A stretch of DNA of 64,000 bases from Hyphomicrobiales bacterium (GTDB lineage Bacteria; Pseudomonadota; Alphaproteobacteria; Rhizobiales; Xanthobacteraceae). Shown piece by piece: positions 36,940 through 46,193 of this stretch. The stretch is from positions 1,770 to 65,769 of the forward strand of contig JAHFPN010000002.1 of the NCBI GenBank assembly GCA_023269635.1, given 5' to 3'. The notes under the pieces are model-generated. The model searched no databases. It was given only the letters and a program-made list of their open reading frames with translations, and was not told the DNA's origin. Numbering within the stretch: position 1 is the first letter of the stretch; each line of letters begins with the position of its first letter. The translations under genes were made by a program, and so were the position numbers.

Positions 36940-38733
36940 ATGTTCGAGAGTCTGACGCGCGAGTACCGCTATCTGCGCGGCGCGCTGCGCACGCTCAAGA
37001 TGACGACGCCGATCGCGAAGAACCCGACCCGCGTGTTCCCGTTCGTGATCGAAGAGCTCGCCGCCAAGTACGGCGAGAAGGAAGCGCTGCTCTCCGACCG
37101 CGAGCGCTACTCCTATGCCGAGCTCGACGCACGCGCCAACCGCTACGCCCGCTGGGGGCGGGCCCAGGGTCTCGGCAAGGGCGACGTGATTTGCCTCCTG
37201 ATGCAGAACCGGCCGGAATATTTCGTGATCTGGCTGGGCTTGACCCGCATCGGCGCCGTGGTCGCGCTCCTCAACACCAATCTAAACGGCCACCCGCTCG
37301 CCCATTGCATCTCGATCGTGAAGCCGAAGCACATCATCGTCGCGGCCGAGCTGCTCGAACATTTCCGCTCGGCTCAGCCGCACATTCAGAATCCGCCCAA
37401 GGTCTGGATGTATGGCGGCGGCAATTCCGGCGCCGCCCGCATCGATGAGTTGATCCCGACGCTCGACGGCGGCCGGCTCTCGGAATCCGAGCGCGCCAAG
37501 CTCACCATCGAGGACCGCGCGCTCTATATTTATACCTCCGGCACCACCGGCCTGCCCAAGGCCGCGAACATCAACCACTATCGGCTGATGCTCGCGAGCC
37601 ACGGGTTTGCCGGCGCCATGAACACCGGCCCGAACGACCGCATGTACGACTGCCTGCCGCTCTACCACACCAACGGCGGGGTGCTCGCGACCGGCGCGGT
37701 GCTGGTCGGCGGCGGCTGCACCGTGATCCGCGAGCGGTTCTCCTCGCGCGAATTCTGGAACGACGTGGTGAAGTGGGACTGCACCATGTTCTTCTACATC
37801 GGCGAGCTCTGCCGCTATCTCGTCACCGCGCCGCCCTCGGAAGCCGAGAAGCGTCACAAGATCCGCCTTTGCTGCGGCAACGGGCTCCGGCCGGACGTGT
37901 GGGGCCCGTTCCACGACCGCTATCGCATTCCGCAGATCCTCGAGTTCTACGCGGCGACCGAAGGCAACGTCGCCTTCTTCAATTTCAGCGGCGAGCCCGG
38001 CGCGGTCGGCCGCCTGCCCTGGTATCTCGCGCATCGCTTTCCGATCGCCACCGTGGAGTTCGACATCGAAAAAGAGCAGCCGGTGCGCGGGCCGGACGGC
38101 TTCTGCGTGAAGGCCACACCCGATACGATCGGCGAGGTGATCGGAAGAATCATCAACGACCCGGATAAGCCTGCCAACCGCTTCGAGGGTTACGCCGACA
38201 AGGAATCGACCGACAAGAAGATCCTGCGCGACGTGTTCGAGAAGGGCGACGCTTATTTCCGCACCGGCGACCTCATGCGCCAGGACGAGAACGGCTTCTT
38301 CTATTTCATCGACCGCATCGGCGACACGTTTCGCTGGAAGAGCGAGAACGTCGCCACCTCCGAGGTGTCGGAGACCATGACCACGTTCCCCGGCATCAAG
38401 GAGGTCAATGTCTATGGCGTCCCGGTTCCCGGCTACGACGGCAAGGTCGGCATGGCGACGGTGGTGGCCGACGGCAATCTCGACCTTTCGGGCCTGCACC
38501 ACTACCTGGTCGAGAACCTGCCCGAATACGCCCAGCCCGCTTTCTTGCGCATTCGCCACGAGATCGACGTCACCGGCACGTTCAAGCATCGCAAAGTCGA
38601 TCTCGTGAAGGAGGGCTTCGACCCGGCGAACACGAACGACGACCTGTTCTTCAACGACCAGAAGCAGCGCTCGTTCGTTCCGCTCGACCGCAAGCTGTTC
38701 GAGCAGATCCGGTCGGGCGAGGTCCGGCTGTGA
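36940..38733 (+). CDS. long-chain acyl-CoA synthetase (FATP-like AMP-binding enzyme)
   Basis: ATG 36940 follows GGGAGGGAA. AMP motif YIYTSGTTGLPKAA and YFRTGDL. The alternative start 36898 is possible. Confidence 0.85.
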   Translation: MFESLTREYRYLRGALRTLKMTTPIAKNPTRVFPFVIEELAAKYGEKEALLSDRERYSYAELDARANRYARWGRAQGLGKGDVICLLMQNRPEYFVIWLGLTRIGAVVALLNTNLNGHPLAHCISIVKPKHIIVAAELLEHFRSAQPHIQNPPKVWMYGGGNSGAARIDELIPTLDGGRLSESERAKLTIEDRALYIYTSGTTGLPKAANINHYRLMLASHGFAGAMNTGPNDRMYDCLPLYHTNGGVLATGAVLVGGGCTVIRERFSSREFWNDVVKWDCTMFFYIGELCRYLVTAPPSEAEKRHKIRLCCGNGLRPDVWGPFHDRYRIPQILEFYAATEGNVAFFNFSGEPGAVGRLPWYLAHRFPIATVEFDIEKEQPVRGPDGFCVKATPDTIGEVIGRIINDPDKPANRFEGYADKESTDKKILRDVFEKGDAYFRTGDLMRQDENGFFYFIDRIGDTFRWKSENVATSEVSETMTTFPGIKEVNVYGVPVPGYDGKVGMATVVADGNLDLSGLHHYLVENLPEYAQPAFLRIRHEIDVTGTFKHRKVDLVKEGFDPANTNDDLFFNDQKQRSFVPLDRKLFEQIRSGEVRL

Positions 38734-38736
38734 GCG

Positions 38737-39279
38737 ATGGCGGCGACGCCCGCGGAGCTGCTCGTCTTCTGGCGTGAAGCCGGGCCCGAGCGCTGGTTCA
38801 AGTCCGAGCCCGCGTTCGACGGCCGCGTGCGCGAGCGCTTTCTTGGCGTCCACGAAGCCGCGGCCGCCGGCCGGCTGCGCGACTGGGAACGAACCGCCGA
38901 AAGCGCGCTCGCGCTCGTGATCGCGCTCGATCAATTCCCGCGCAACATGTTCCGCGGCACGGCGCGCGCGTTCTCGACCGACGCGCTGGCGCGCGCCGCG
39001 GCCCGCCGCGCGGTCAAGAACGGCTTCGACCGGACGATCCCGATGCCGGAGCGCAATTTCCTCTATCTCCCGTTCGAGCACAGCGAGGACCTTGCCGACC
39101 AGGAATTCGGCCGCGCCCTGTTCGAGGCGGCCGGCGACCCCGAGGCTGTGCGCTGGTCGAAGCTTCACCGCGACGTGATCCGCCGCTTCGGCCGCTTTCC
39201 GCACCGGAACGAGATCTTGGGCCGCGCTTCGACGCCCGAGGAGATCGCCTATCTCGAGGGCGGCGGCTTTCGCGCCTGA
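38737..39279 (+). CDS. DUF924-family protein
   Basis: 180 aa. LVFWREAGPERWF and LDQFPRNMFRG are typical of the family. Confidence 0.7.
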   Translation: MAATPAELLVFWREAGPERWFKSEPAFDGRVRERFLGVHEAAAAGRLRDWERTAESALALVIALDQFPRNMFRGTARAFSTDALARAAARRAVKNGFDRTIPMPERNFLYLPFEHSEDLADQEFGRALFEAAGDPEAVRWSKLHRDVIRRFGRFPHRNEILGRASTPEEIAYLEGGGFRA

Positions 39280-39467
39280 GCGGCGGGAGCTTTAAGCTTA
39301 ACGCGAGCTTTCCGTTGCCGTCGCCGCGCGCTCCGTCGCATGAAGGCGCGCGGCCGGAAGCTTGGTAAACGCTTTGCGACTCCCCGGTTCGCCGAACGGA
39401 TTCTTAATTGCGGCGGTATTCAATGCCACCCGGCGGCCACAAGATCACAAACGGGGAGAGCGGCGCC

Positions 39468-40856
39468 GTGTCCGTCGTCCACTCGGGCGAAGCCGGTTTG
39501 CATCAATTGCGTGCGAACGTGCGCAAGGCCTTCTCGCGCCTGAACGCGCTGTTCGGCGACGGCAGCGATCAGTCGATCGCGCGCCGCATGGCGGGAACCG
39601 CGTTCCTGATCCGTGTCGCCAGTGCGGCGGTGATCTTCTTCTCCCAAGTTCTGCTCGCGCGCTGGATGGGCCGCTTCGAATTCGGCATCTACGTATATGT
39701 CTGGACTTGGGTGCTCTTGCTCGGCGGCCTGGTGCCGCTCGGAATTCCGTCGGCGGCGCAGCGCTTCATTCCCGAATATCTCGGTCGTGGCGAGCTCGAT
39801 CGCCTGCGCGGCTTCCTGGTCGGCAGCCGTTGGCTCGCCTTCGGCCTCGGCACCGCCGCGGCGCTGATCGGCGTCCTGCTCATCCATTCCTTCGGCCGCT
39901 ATCTCCAAGCCTATTACCTCGTGCCGCTGGTGCTCGCCTGCGTGTGTCTTCCGATCTACGCGGTCGGCGACACCCAGGACGGGATCGCGCGCTCGTTCAA
40001 CTGGATCGACCTTGCGCTCGGGCCCGCCTATCTCGCGCGCCCGGTCCTGATCCTGGTGTTCATGGCGGCCGCGCACGCGCTCGGCGCGGCCTCGACCGCG
40101 ACCGCGGCCATGATCGCGGCCACGATCGCGACCTGGCTGTTGACTTTCCTGCAGCTCGTGCTGCTCGAGCGCCGGCTGAAGCAGGAGGTTGCGCCGGGCC
40201 CGCGCGTCCAAGAGGCCGGGGTCTGGTTCCGCACCGCGCTCCCGATCTTCATGGTGGGCGGGTTCTATTTCCTGCTCACCTACACCGACATCCTCGTGCT
40301 CGAGGCGTTCTATGGGCCGAACGACGTCGCGGTCTATTACGCGGCGACCAAGACGCTCGCGCTCGTCGCCTTCGTCTATTTCTCGGTCTCGGCCGCGACC
40401 GCGCACCGCTTCAGCGAGTATCACGTGGCCGGCGCGCGCGAGAAGCTCGAAACCTTCCTCGGCAACGCGATCCAGTGGACGTTCTGGCCGTCGGTGATCG
40501 CGACGCTCGGCCTGCTCGCGATCGGTAAGCCGGTGCTGGCCTTGTTCGGCGCCGGCTTCGACCAGGGCTATCCCTTGATGTTCGTGCTCGCGGTCGGCCT
40601 GCTCGCGCGCGCCGCCATCGGCCCGGTGGAGCGGCTCTTGAACATGGTGGGCGAGCAGCGTGCTTGCGCCGCCGTCTACGCCACCGCCTTCGCGGTTAAT
40701 CTCGGACTCTGCCTGCTCCTGGTGAAGCCGCTCGGCACGATGGGCGCCGCGATCGCCACCGCGAGCGCCATGGTCACCGAGTCGGCGCTCCTGTTCGTCG
40801 TAACCAAATGGCGCCTCGGCCTCCATGTCTTCGTCTGGCGCCCGCGCAGCGCGTAA
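39468..40856 (+). CDS. polysaccharide flippase (Wzx/MOP-superfamily)
   Basis: GTG 39468 follows GGGGAGAG. About 12-14 TM segments. The ORF is open from 39408, so the start is uncertain. Confidence 0.7.
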   Translation: MSVVHSGEAGLHQLRANVRKAFSRLNALFGDGSDQSIARRMAGTAFLIRVASAAVIFFSQVLLARWMGRFEFGIYVYVWTWVLLLGGLVPLGIPSAAQRFIPEYLGRGELDRLRGFLVGSRWLAFGLGTAAALIGVLLIHSFGRYLQAYYLVPLVLACVCLPIYAVGDTQDGIARSFNWIDLALGPAYLARPVLILVFMAAAHALGAASTATAAMIAATIATWLLTFLQLVLLERRLKQEVAPGPRVQEAGVWFRTALPIFMVGGFYFLLTYTDILVLEAFYGPNDVAVYYAATKTLALVAFVYFSVSAATAHRFSEYHVAGAREKLETFLGNAIQWTFWPSVIATLGLLAIGKPVLALFGAGFDQGYPLMFVLAVGLLARAAIGPVERLLNMVGEQRACAAVYATAFAVNLGLCLLLVKPLGTMGAAIATASAMVTESALLFVVTKWRLGLHVFVWRPRSA

Positions 40857-40872
40857 CGCGAGGGCGCCGGCC

Positions 40873-42114
40873 ATGGGCGCGCTGCGTTCGCCGTTCCCCG
40901 CCGCCGCGTTGCGCCGGCAGACGCACGCGCCCTCGGCGCGCCGCGCCTATGTACCCGCGCACCGAAGCGACGGCCTCGCCGTCGACTTGAAGCCGCTCGC
41001 CGGCCTCGAAACCTCCGACTGGAACCGCTGGCGCGAGCTCGCTGACTGCGCGCTGCAGCCGAACGTGTTCTACGAGCCGGCCTTTGCCCGCGCCGCGGCG
41101 AACCTGCCGTGGTCGCGCGGGGTCGGCGCGCTGCTCGTGCGCTCGGGCTCGCGACTGATCGGCGCGCTCGCAGGGCGGGTCGAGGGGCCGCTGCAAGGCC
41201 GGCCGATCCCGACCTTCGTCGCCTGGGCGCATCCCTATGCGCCGCTCTCGACGCCGCTTCTAGACCGCGAAGCGGCGGAAACAGCGGTCGCCGCCTTGCT
41301 GCACGATCTGCCGCTCTTGCCGGGCGCCCCGCGGGTCGCCTTGTTCCCGCTCATCGACGAGGACGGACCGGTGGCGCGCCTTCTCGCCGACCATCTCTAT
41401 CGCCGGATGCGGCCTTTGCATCGGCTCGACGCGCACGCGCGCGCGGCGCTCGTCCTCGCCGGCGGCGATCCGCTCGCGTCCGTTCCTGCGAAAAAACTGA
41501 AAGAGCTCGGCCGCCAGCGCCGGCGCTTGGCGGAACTCGGCGCGCTCGACCGCGTGAGCATCGGAGGCGAGGGGATCGAGGCCGCGGTCTCGACATTCCT
41601 GGAGCTTGAGGCGTCGGGCTGGAAGGGCCGCATCGGCGGCGCCGCGGCCGCCCACCCGGAGACCGCGCGCTTTCTCGCTGAGGCGGTCGCCGGTCTCGCG
41701 CGCGAGGGCAAGGCGCGGGTCGATCTCATAACGCTCGACCGGAAGCCGCTCGCCGCGACCATCGCGCTGTTCTCCGGCGACCGCGCCTGGTTCTGGAAGA
41801 CCGCCTATGACGAGCGTTACGCGCATTTTTCGCCGGGTGTGCTCGGTGCGCTCGCGCTCACCGAAGACCTCGGCCGTGACCAACACATCGCGCGGGTCGA
41901 TTCCTGCGCCATCGCCCATCACCCGATGATCGACCACCTGTGGAGCGGCCGGCAGGCGATGGCGGATTGGCTGGTGGCGCTTTCGGGCTCGGTGCCGTTC
42001 AGGATCGAGCTTGCCGCCGAGCGACTTCGCCGCACGGCGTATCATTCGCTGAAAGCGCTGCGCGATCGACTGCGCGGCCCGATCAGGCACGGTCCCGCAG
42101 CAGCCGGCGGATGA
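40873..42114 (+). CDS. GNAT-fold acetyltransferase, CelD/BcsL-like
   Basis: About 413 aa. The C-terminal region FLELEASGWKG...YAHFSPG resembles the Acetyltransf_6-type fold. Start ATG 40873 follows GAGGG. Confidence 0.6.
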   Translation: MGALRSPFPAAALRRQTHAPSARRAYVPAHRSDGLAVDLKPLAGLETSDWNRWRELADCALQPNVFYEPAFARAAANLPWSRGVGALLVRSGSRLIGALAGRVEGPLQGRPIPTFVAWAHPYAPLSTPLLDREAAETAVAALLHDLPLLPGAPRVALFPLIDEDGPVARLLADHLYRRMRPLHRLDAHARAALVLAGGDPLASVPAKKLKELGRQRRRLAELGALDRVSIGGEGIEAAVSTFLELEASGWKGRIGGAAAAHPETARFLAEAVAGLAREGKARVDLITLDRKPLAATIALFSGDRAWFWKTAYDERYAHFSPGVLGALALTEDLGRDQHIARVDSCAIAHHPMIDHLWSGRQAMADWLVALSGSVPFRIELAAERLRRTAYHSLKALRDRLRGPIRHGPAAAGG

Positions 42115-43696
42115 CCTTGCCGGTCGTGGTCATCGGCAGCTGGTCGATGAAGGCGACCTCGCGCGGATATTCGTGCGCCGAGAGCCGCGTGCGCACGAAT
42201 GCCTGGATCTCGGCCGCGAGCGTGTCGGTGGGCTGAAAGCCCGGCTTCAACTGCACGAACGCCTTCACGATCTCGGTGCGGAGCTGGTCCGGCTTGCCGA
42301 CGGCGGCGGCGAGCGCCACCGCCGGATGCTTGATCAGGCAATCCTCGATCTCGCCCGGGCCGATGCGGTAGCCGGCCGAGGTGATCACGTCGTCGTCGCG
42401 GCCGACGAAGCGCACGTAGCCCTCGTCATCCGCTTCGCCCTGGTCGCCGGTGGTCATCCAGTCGCCGATGAACTTGTCGCGGGTCGCGTCCGGCCGCTGC
42501 CAGTATTCGAGGAACATCACCGGGTCCGGCCGCTTGACCGCGATCTGGCCGAGCTCGCCCGGCTTGCATCGGCTGCCGTCGGCGCGGATCACCGCGACGT
42601 TGTGCCCCGGGACGGGCTTGCCGATATAGCCGGGCTTGGAGACGCCGAGCAGCGCCGAGGACGAAAGCACGAGGTTGCATTCGGTCTGGCCGTAGAATTC
42701 GTTGATGACGAGGCCGAGCGCCTCGCGGCCCCATTCATAGGTCTCGATCCCGAGCGACTCGCCGCCCGAGCCGAGGGTGCGGAGCGAAAGCTTCTGCTTC
42801 GACCGGCCCGCCGAGCGCAGCATGCGGAGCGCGGTCGGCGGGATGAAGGCGTTGCGGATTTCCGCTTCGGCCATGAGCGCGAACGCTTCCTGCGGATCGA
42901 ACTTCTCGAATTTCTTGGCCACCACCGGCACGCCGAGCGAGAGCGCGGGCAAGAGCACATCGAGCAGCCCGCCGGCCCAGGCCCAGTCCGCCGGCGTCCA
43001 CATCCGGTCGCCGGGCTGCGGCATGAAATCGTGCGGCAGCTCGACGCCCGGCATGTGCCCCAAGAGCACCCGGTGGCCGTGCAGAGCGCCCTTGGGCGGA
43101 CCCGTCGTGCCCGACGTGTAGATCATCATGGCCGGATCGTCGGGGCCGGTGTTTGCCGGCATGAGGCTGGGCGAAGCGCGCGCGAGCGTCTCTTTGAAGC
43201 CGAGCGCGCCGTCCGCGGCGCCGTCGATCGAAAGCACGAGCTTGAGTTCGGGCAGCTTGCCGCGGATCTCAGCGAGCTTCGCGAGCCCCGCGGCATTAGT
43301 CACCGCTGCGCGCGCGCCGGAATTCTCCAGGCGATAGACCAACGCCTCGACGCCGAACAGACCCGCGAGCGGCAAGGCCACGGCGCCGAGCTTGTAGCTT
43401 GCGAAATGCGCGATCGCGGTTTCCGGCGTCTGCGGCAGGATGATCGCGACCCGGTCGCCGCGCTTGATGCCGTGCGCTTGCAGCGCGTTGGCCAGCCGGT
43501 TCGAGTCCTCGCTGAGCCTGCCGTAGCTCACGGCCTCGAGGCCGCGCGGCCCCTGCACCAGGATCGCCGCGCGCTCCGGCTCGGCCGCCGCCCACTTGTC
43601 GCAAGCATCGACGGCGATGTTGTAACGCGCAGGAATTTTCCAGCGGAACGCCGCGTAGAGCCGCTCGTAATCGCGGATGTCGGGCAGGATCGGCAT
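42083..43696 (-). CDS. AMP-binding acyl-CoA synthetase
   Basis: 537 aa with MIYTSGTTGPPKGA, WMTTGD and a C-terminal TTTGKVIRR. Confidence 0.85.
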   Translation of the reverse strand: MPILPDIRDYERLYAAFRWKIPARYNIAVDACDKWAAAEPERAAILVQGPRGLEAVSYGRLSEDSNRLANALQAHGIKRGDRVAIILPQTPETAIAHFASYKLGAVALPLAGLFGVEALVYRLENSGARAAVTNAAGLAKLAEIRGKLPELKLVLSIDGAADGALGFKETLARASPSLMPANTGPDDPAMMIYTSGTTGPPKGALHGHRVLLGHMPGVELPHDFMPQPGDRMWTPADWAWAGGLLDVLLPALSLGVPVVAKKFEKFDPQEAFALMAEAEIRNAFIPPTALRMLRSAGRSKQKLSLRTLGSGGESLGIETYEWGREALGLVINEFYGQTECNLVLSSSALLGVSKPGYIGKPVPGHNVAVIRADGSRCKPGELGQIAVKRPDPVMFLEYWQRPDATRDKFIGDWMTTGDQGEADDEGYVRFVGRDDDVITSAGYRIGPGEIEDCLIKHPAVALAAAVGKPDQLRTEIVKAFVQLKPGFQPTDTLAAEIQAFVRTRLSAHEYPREVAFIDQLPMTTTGKVIRRLLRDRA

Positions 43697-43723
43697 CGGA
43701 TCTTCGCTTAGACGCTAGCGCGC

Positions 43724-44233
43724 CTAGTCCGGCACCGCCAGCACGAGCGCCCAGAACACCTTGTACTTGGAGTTCGGCGCATAGGCGGTGGCAATGCCGA
43801 ACCGCGTCGCCCCCGGCAACAGCATGTTCTTGTTGTGCGAGGCGGAATCGCGCCAGCCGGAGAACGCCTCCGCGAGCGTGCGGTAGCCGGCGCCGATGTT
43901 CTCCACCGCGCGCGCGGCATCGTAGCGCGCCGCCTTGAGCCGCTCGATGAAGCCGCGGCCGCCGGGTTCGTGCGCTAATTTGTCGGCGGCGGCCATTCGT
44001 TTGGCTTGCTCGGCGGCGATCGCGACCAGCTTCTCGTCGATCGTGACCGCGGGCAGGCCGTTGGCGCGGCGATAGTCGGAAAGCAGCGAAGCCGCAGCCG
44101 CGACGTTCACCTGCGCGTCCGGCCGCGCGAGGTTCTCATAGAACGGCGGGGATTTCTCGACCTCGAAACTGGTGCCGCACGCCGCCAGCGCGAGCGCGGC
44201 GAGCGCGAGAGCCGTTGTGGCGCGAAGTCGCAT
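43724..44233 (-). CDS. CAP/SCP-domain lipoprotein
   Basis: Lipobox LALAACG and a C-terminal CAP domain (GWRDSASHNKNML). Confidence 0.7.
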   Translation of the reverse strand: MRLRATTALALAALALAACGTSFEVEKSPPFYENLARPDAQVNVAAAASLLSDYRRANGLPAVTIDEKLVAIAAEQAKRMAAADKLAHEPGGRGFIERLKAARYDAARAVENIGAGYRTLAEAFSGWRDSASHNKNMLLPGATRFGIATAYAPNSKYKVFWALVLAVPD

Positions 44234-44395
44234 GGCGCCTGCCTAGCAGGATCGAGGAGCGCGAGCGAGCCGCGCCCGGCCGGAAAAGGGCGCCGGGCCA
44301 ATTCTATTCGCCGCCGGTTTCTGGTATCGCAGTTCTTCGTTTCGATCTCGCTCGGTTGGGCAGACTCCCATCCGAAACCGGGCACGGGTCAGAGA

Positions 44396-45400
44396 ATGAA
44401 TCAGACGAAAGCGCGCAGCTCTGCCGCCGGCCATCTCGAAGACCGCCTGCGTGCCGGGCGCTTCGTGATGACCGCCGAGATCACGCCGCCGGTCTCCTGC
44501 AGCCGCGACGATCTTCTGGCCAAGGCGCTGCCGCTCAAGGGCCTGGCCTCGGCGGTGAACGTCACCGACGGCGCCGGCGCGCGCTCGCACATGAGCTCGC
44601 TGGCCGCGGCATCGATCCTGCTCGAGTCCGGCATCGAGCCGATCGTGCAATTCACCTGCCGCGACCGGAACCGCATCGCTTTGCAGAGCGATCTCATGGG
44701 CGCCGCGGCGCTCGGCATCCGCAACATCCTGGTGCTGCGCGGCGACGACCCCAAGGCCGGCGACCAGCCCGACGCCAAGCCGGTGTTCGACCTCGATTCC
44801 CGGCAAGTGATCGAGATGGCTGCGCGCATACGCGACCGCGGCGAGCTTCCCAACGGCCGCAAGGTGGCGGGCAAGGCGGATTTTTTCCTTGGCGCCGCCG
44901 ACGCGCCGATCGATCCGCCCGCCGATTGGAAACCGAGCTCGCTCCGGGGGAAAATCGAGTCCGGCGCCCAGTTCGCGCAGACCCAGTTCTGCATGGACCC
45001 CGCGGTGGTGCGGCGCTACATGCGGCGGCTCGCGGACGAGGGACTCGCCGGCAAACTGTTCTTTCTGATCGGCATCGCGCCGCTGCGCTCCGCGAAGTCC
45101 GTGAGCTGGATGCGCGAACACCTGTTCGGGACCATCATCTCCGACGCCATCGTGCAGCGCATGGAGAATGCCGAAAACGCCGAGGCCGAGGGCAAGCGGG
45201 TGGCCGTGGAATTGATCGCCGAGCTCAGCGAAATCCCCGGCGTGTCGGGCGTGCACATCATGGCGCCGAACAACGACAAGGCGATCCCCGAAGTGATCGC
45301 GGCCGCCGAGCCGCATCTGCACCGCGCCGACGCCGGCGTGGAGCGCAAACCGGCAGCGGCCGAAGCGCCGGCACCGGCGCAGTATCTTTGGGAGCAGTAG
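44396..45400 (+). CDS. methylenetetrahydrofolate reductase-family protein (non-canonical type)
   Basis: From ATG 44396. Shows the TIM-barrel MTHFR pattern (VMTAEITPP...VNVTDGAGA...QFTCRDRN...LRGD...AQFAQTQF). Confidence 0.7.
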   Translation: MNQTKARSSAAGHLEDRLRAGRFVMTAEITPPVSCSRDDLLAKALPLKGLASAVNVTDGAGARSHMSSLAAASILLESGIEPIVQFTCRDRNRIALQSDLMGAAALGIRNILVLRGDDPKAGDQPDAKPVFDLDSRQVIEMAARIRDRGELPNGRKVAGKADFFLGAADAPIDPPADWKPSSLRGKIESGAQFAQTQFCMDPAVVRRYMRRLADEGLAGKLFFLIGIAPLRSAKSVSWMREHLFGTIISDAIVQRMENAENAEAEGKRVAVELIAELSEIPGVSGVHIMAPNNDKAIPEVIAAAEPHLHRADAGVERKPAAAEAPAPAQYLWEQ

Positions 45401-45410
45401 TGGGTGGGCG

Positions 45411-46193
45411 ATGCCGGCGCGTGAGAGTTTCGAGACCGTCGACGGCTGCAAGATCCGGATCATGCGGGCCGGCAAGGGCGCGCCGCTCCTCTATCTGCAC
45501 GGCGCGCGCGGGATCAGCGCGTGGCTGCCGTTCATGGAGCAGCTTTCCGCGCACTTCGACGTGATCGTGCCCGAGCATCCCGGCTTCGGCGCCTCCGACA
45601 CGCCCGAATGGCTCGATAATGTCGGCGACCTCGCCTACTTCTATCTCGATGCGCTCGCAGCGCTGAAGCTCGAGCGCGTGACCCTGGTCGGCTCCTCGCT
45701 CGGCGGCTGGATCGCGGCCGAGCTCGCGGTGCGCTCGACGGCGCGGCTCGCGCGGCTCGTGCTCTCGGCCGCCGCCGGCATCCACGAGAAGGGGCTCCGC
45801 AAGGGCGACTTCTTCTTGTGGTCGCGGGAGGAGCTCGTGCGCAACCTCTTCCACGATCAGAAGCTCGCGGAAGAAGCGCTGAAGCATGAGGCGTCCGAAG
45901 CCGAGCTGATGACCGAGGCCAAGAACCGGCTCACCACCGCGAAGCTCGGCTGGCAGCCGCGGCTCTACAATCCGCACCTCGCCAAGTGGCTGCACCGCAT
46001 CGACGTGCCGACCTTGCTGATCTGGGGCGATGACGACAAGGTGATCCCGGCCGGCTACGGGCCGGCGTTTCAGAAACTGATCCCCGGGTCACGGCTCGAG
46101 GTCATCAAGAATTGCGGTCACATGCCGCAGATCGAGCGCACCGACGACTGGGTCGGCAAGATCGTCGGCTTCGCCAAGGAGAAGAGCGCATGA
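45411..46193 (+). CDS. alpha/beta hydrolase (C-C/ester hydrolase type), copy 1
   Basis: HPGFGASD, nucleophile elbow GSSLGG, LIWGDDDKVIP and GHMPQIE. Confidence 0.8.
   Translation: MPARESFETVDGCKIRIMRAGKGAPLLYLHGARGISAWLPFMEQLSAHFDVIVPEHPGFGASDTPEWLDNVGDLAYFYLDALAALKLERVTLVGSSLGGWIAAELAVRSTARLARLVLSAAAGIHEKGLRKGDFFLWSREELVRNLFHDQKLAEEALKHEASEAELMTEAKNRLTTAKLGWQPRLYNPHLAKWLHRIDVPTLLIWGDDDKVIPAGYGPAFQKLIPGSRLEVIKNCGHMPQIERTDDWVGKIVGFAKEKSA

Noticed and set aside
37282-39204. 640-aa minus-strand ORF
   Set aside because: It is antisense to the FATP-like acyl-CoA synthetase and the DUF924 gene. It has low-complexity Arg/Ala/Glu/Gly composition.
44234-44395. SAM-type riboswitch upstream of the MTHFR-family gene
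   Set aside because: No SAM-II-like core (AAAGC with a pairing U-rich tract) or other recognisable riboswitch signature is visible. A covariance-model scan would be needed to be certain.
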